A model generated the notes under the pieces. That model saw only the letters and a program-made list of their open reading frames with translations, was not told where the DNA came from and ran no database searches. The translations under genes and the position numbers were made by a program. A stretch of 64,000 bases of DNA, from positions 11,942 to 75,941 of the forward strand of contig JBDWKL010000037.1 of assembly GCA_039973685.1 (NCBI GenBank), in the 5' to 3' direction. Below, one piece after another: positions 61,897 to 64,000 of this stretch (position 1 is its first letter; each line of letters starts with the position of its first letter). This stretch comes from Hyphomicrobiales bacterium (GTDB lineage: Bacteria; Pseudomonadota; Alphaproteobacteria; Rhizobiales; JACESI01).

Positions 61897-62286
61897 TTAT
61901 ACGCGGCGACGCTTGCGCGGACGACATCCATTGTGCGGTATCGGTGTTACATCCCGAATTGACGTGATCACAAAACCTGCAGCCTGAAGTGCCCGCAAAG
62001 CTGATTCACGACCAGAACCTGGTCCGCAAACTTCAACTTCAAGGCTTTTCATGCCGTGGTCTGCCGCTTTCTTGCCCGCATCTTCAGCTGCAACCTGTGC
62101 AGCGTAAGGAGTCGACTTACGTGACCCCTTAAAACCCATCATGCCAGCAGACGACCATGAAATGGTGTTGCCTTGTGCATCTGTAATGGTGATCATTGTA
62201 TTGTTGAACGTTGAGTTCACATGGGCAACGCCCGATGAGATGTTCTTCCGTTCACGGCGACGTACGCGCCCGGCTTCTTTTGCCAT
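61897..62286 (-). CDS. rpsK: 30S ribosomal protein S11
   Basis: [14 protein letters not shown] and [11 protein letters not shown] motifs. Confidence 0.99.
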   Translation of the reverse strand: MAKEAGRVRRRERKNISSGVAHVNSTFNNTMITITDAQGNTISWSSAGMMGFKGSRKSTPYAAQVAAEDAGKKAADHGMKSLEVEVCGPGSGRESALRALQAAGFVITSIRDVTPIPHNGCRPRKRRRV

Positions 62287-62363
62287 TTTATTTTATCCTA
62301 GATTTCAAACGCCGCCGTAGCACCAGCAGCTAAACCAAATTCACATCCAAAAGCAGACGTGAA

Positions 62364-62732
62364 CTATTTCTTTTTACCTGCGATTGCTTTCGCTGGGCCC
62401 TTACGGGTACGTGCGTTCGTGCTTGTACGCTGACCGCGAACAGGCAAACCACGACGGTGACGAAGGCCACGGTAACAACCAAGGTCCATAAGACGCTTGA
62501 TGTTCATCGCAGTCTCACGACGCAAGTCACCTTCAACCATGTAGTCACGGTCGATGGTTTCGCGAATTTGAATAACTTCTGCATCAGAAAGCTCATTAAC
62601 ACGAGTTGATGGGTTGATACCCGTCTTCGTTATGATTTCTTCAGCTTTCTTAGGTCCGATTCCGTGGATGTAACGCAGGGCAATAACCACGCGTTTACTT
62701 GTTGGAATGTTGACGCCCGCAATACGTGCCAA
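62364..62732 (-). CDS. rpsM: 30S ribosomal protein S13
   Basis: ARIAGVNIP and [20 protein letters not shown] start after AGGAG. Confidence 0.99.
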   Translation of the reverse strand: MARIAGVNIPTSKRVVIALRYIHGIGPKKAEEIITKTGINPSTRVNELSDAEVIQIRETIDRDYMVEGDLRRETAMNIKRLMDLGCYRGLRHRRGLPVRGQRTSTNARTRKGPAKAIAGKKK

Positions 62733-62982
62733 GGCAATTCTCCTGTATGAGCGAAAACCACATGTGCGGCTGCCGCATTATTTCTTGTTCAAACTGGAAA
62801 GGAAGCTAACTGACCTCAAAAAAGACTCAGTTGTAGACATCAATACCCAAGCTCGGATTTAGGCGGGTCTAAGACCAAAAAAGGGTTACGTCAATACCTT
62901 CTTGACAAAAAAAAGAATATATGAGTCTCCCAAACCCATCACTAACGCCACTTTCACGCAAATGATGGGAAAACTTGTAGAA

Positions 62983-63552
62983 TTAGCCGTTCAAGATTTC
63001 ATCTACTGAAGTTGTTACTTCATCAATGGATTGCATCCCGTCAATCTGACGTAAAGAACCTGTTTTGGCATAGTAATCTGAAACTGGTGCCGTCTGCTCA
63101 TGATAGACAACTAAGCGTTTTGCTAGTGTTTCAGCATTGTCATCCGCACGCACGGTGCCAGAATCTTTCGCCCGTTGCTCAATGCGCGATAAAAGAACCG
63201 AATCATCAACTGTCAGCTCAATCACTGCATCTAGTGACATTGTTTTATCTTTAAGCATCGTATCAAGCGCTTCGGCCTGCGCCACTGTGCGTGGGAAGCC
63301 ATCAAGTATAAAGCCATTGGCGCAATCAGGCTCTTCAATACGATCAGAGATGATGCCACAAATGATGTCGTCCGACACAAGATCGCCACGGTCCATCACT
63401 TCTTTCGCCATCTTGCCAACAGGCGTTCCTGCTGCAACAGCTGCACGAAGCATGTCACCGGTCGATAGTTGTACCACGCCGCGTGAATCGACAATACGTT
63501 GGGCCTGTGTACCCTTGCCCGCTCCCGGCGGACCCAACAAAATCAGTTTCAC
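62983..63552 (-). CDS. adk: Adenylate kinase (short-LID type)
   Basis: [24 protein letters not shown] and RADD motifs; 189 aa. Confidence 0.97.
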   Translation of the reverse strand: MKLILLGPPGAGKGTQAQRIVDSRGVVQLSTGDMLRAAVAAGTPVGKMAKEVMDRGDLVSDDIICGIISDRIEEPDCANGFILDGFPRTVAQAEALDTMLKDKTMSLDAVIELTVDDSVLLSRIEQRAKDSGTVRADDNAETLAKRLVVYHEQTAPVSDYYAKTGSLRQIDGMQSIDEVTTSVDEILNG

Positions 63553-64000
63553 TTACGCTTCCCCCTTAGTTTCGATTTCTTCACGAGGCCTTCGTATTGC
63601 TGCGCAATCAAATGCCCCTGTACTTGCGCAACGGTATCCATGGTTACGCTCACCATAATAAGCAATGATGTCCCACCAAAAGCAACCTCAATACCACTAT
63701 TTGGTAATAGGAACTCAGGGATAAGACAAACGATGGTCAGGTAGATCGCGCCGACCACAGTAATGCGTGTCAAAACGTGGTCGATATAGTTGCCAGTTTT
63801 CTCACCTGGACGAATACCTGGGATGAAACCACCCTGCTTCTTCAAGTTGTCAGCTGTCTCTTGTGGATTAAACACAATCGCTGTGTAGAAGAAGGCGAAG
63901 AAAATGATGAGGCCTGCAAAGAACAACAGATAAAGCGGCTGGCCACGGCCAAGCAATGCTGTGACTGTTGTAAGCCACTCTGGGCCGTTCCCGCTTGCTG
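63549..64000 (-). CDS. secY: Preprotein translocase SecY; 3' part only, 5' end outside the window
   Basis: [23 protein letters not shown] and FGGTSLLI.V motifs. Confidence 0.97.
   Translation of the reverse strand, partial: ASGNGPEWLTTVTALLGRGQPLYLLFFAGLIIFFAFFYTAIVFNPQETADNLKKQGGFIPGIRPGEKTGNYIDHVLTRITVVGAIYLTIVCLIPEFLLPNSGIEVAFGGTSLLIMVSVTMDTVAQVQGHLIAQQYEGLVKKSKLRGKRK

Noticed and set aside
1..64000. CRISPR arrays, IS elements, prophage, tRNA/rRNA genes, inteins or frameshifted pseudogenes
   Set aside because: None seen. Intergenic gaps are short and lack spaced repeats, and the recognised genes have intact frames of expected length.

Overview
This window is core chromosome from an alphaproteobacterium, most likely Hyphomicrobiales/Rhizobiales-like. 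The taxonomy is inferred from conserved gene order: aspS/rnd/ppx-ppk-hdaA/purMN, uvrC..pgsA-moaDE, pepA/lptFGD-surA-pdxA-rsmA, the fab cluster, rpsF-rpsR-DUF2232-rplI without priB, dnaB-alr-radA-cvpA-purF, and secY-adk-rpsM-rpsK-rpoA-rplQ without rpsD. It holds about 64 protein-coding genes, nearly all housekeeping. I saw no tRNA, rRNA, CRISPR array, transposase, integrase or phage gene. The one clearly accessory locus is a ~2.15 kb islet between uvrC and pgsA (18182-20347). It carries a LuxR-family receptor with no luxI in the window, a divergent lux-box-like site (CT-N12-AG), an unannotated ~230-nt structured and terminated transcription unit with anti-Shine-Dalgarno motifs that also holds a 56-codon ORF, an AhpD/CMD-type redox gene preceded by a second copy of the box, and a Cys-containing membrane micro-ORF. 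This candidate LuxR-solo -> sRNA module is the best lead for an undescribed system. Two smaller single-gene insertions lie between pepA and holC and downstream of purF-SDR. All calls come from reading the sequence by eye; no database search was run.
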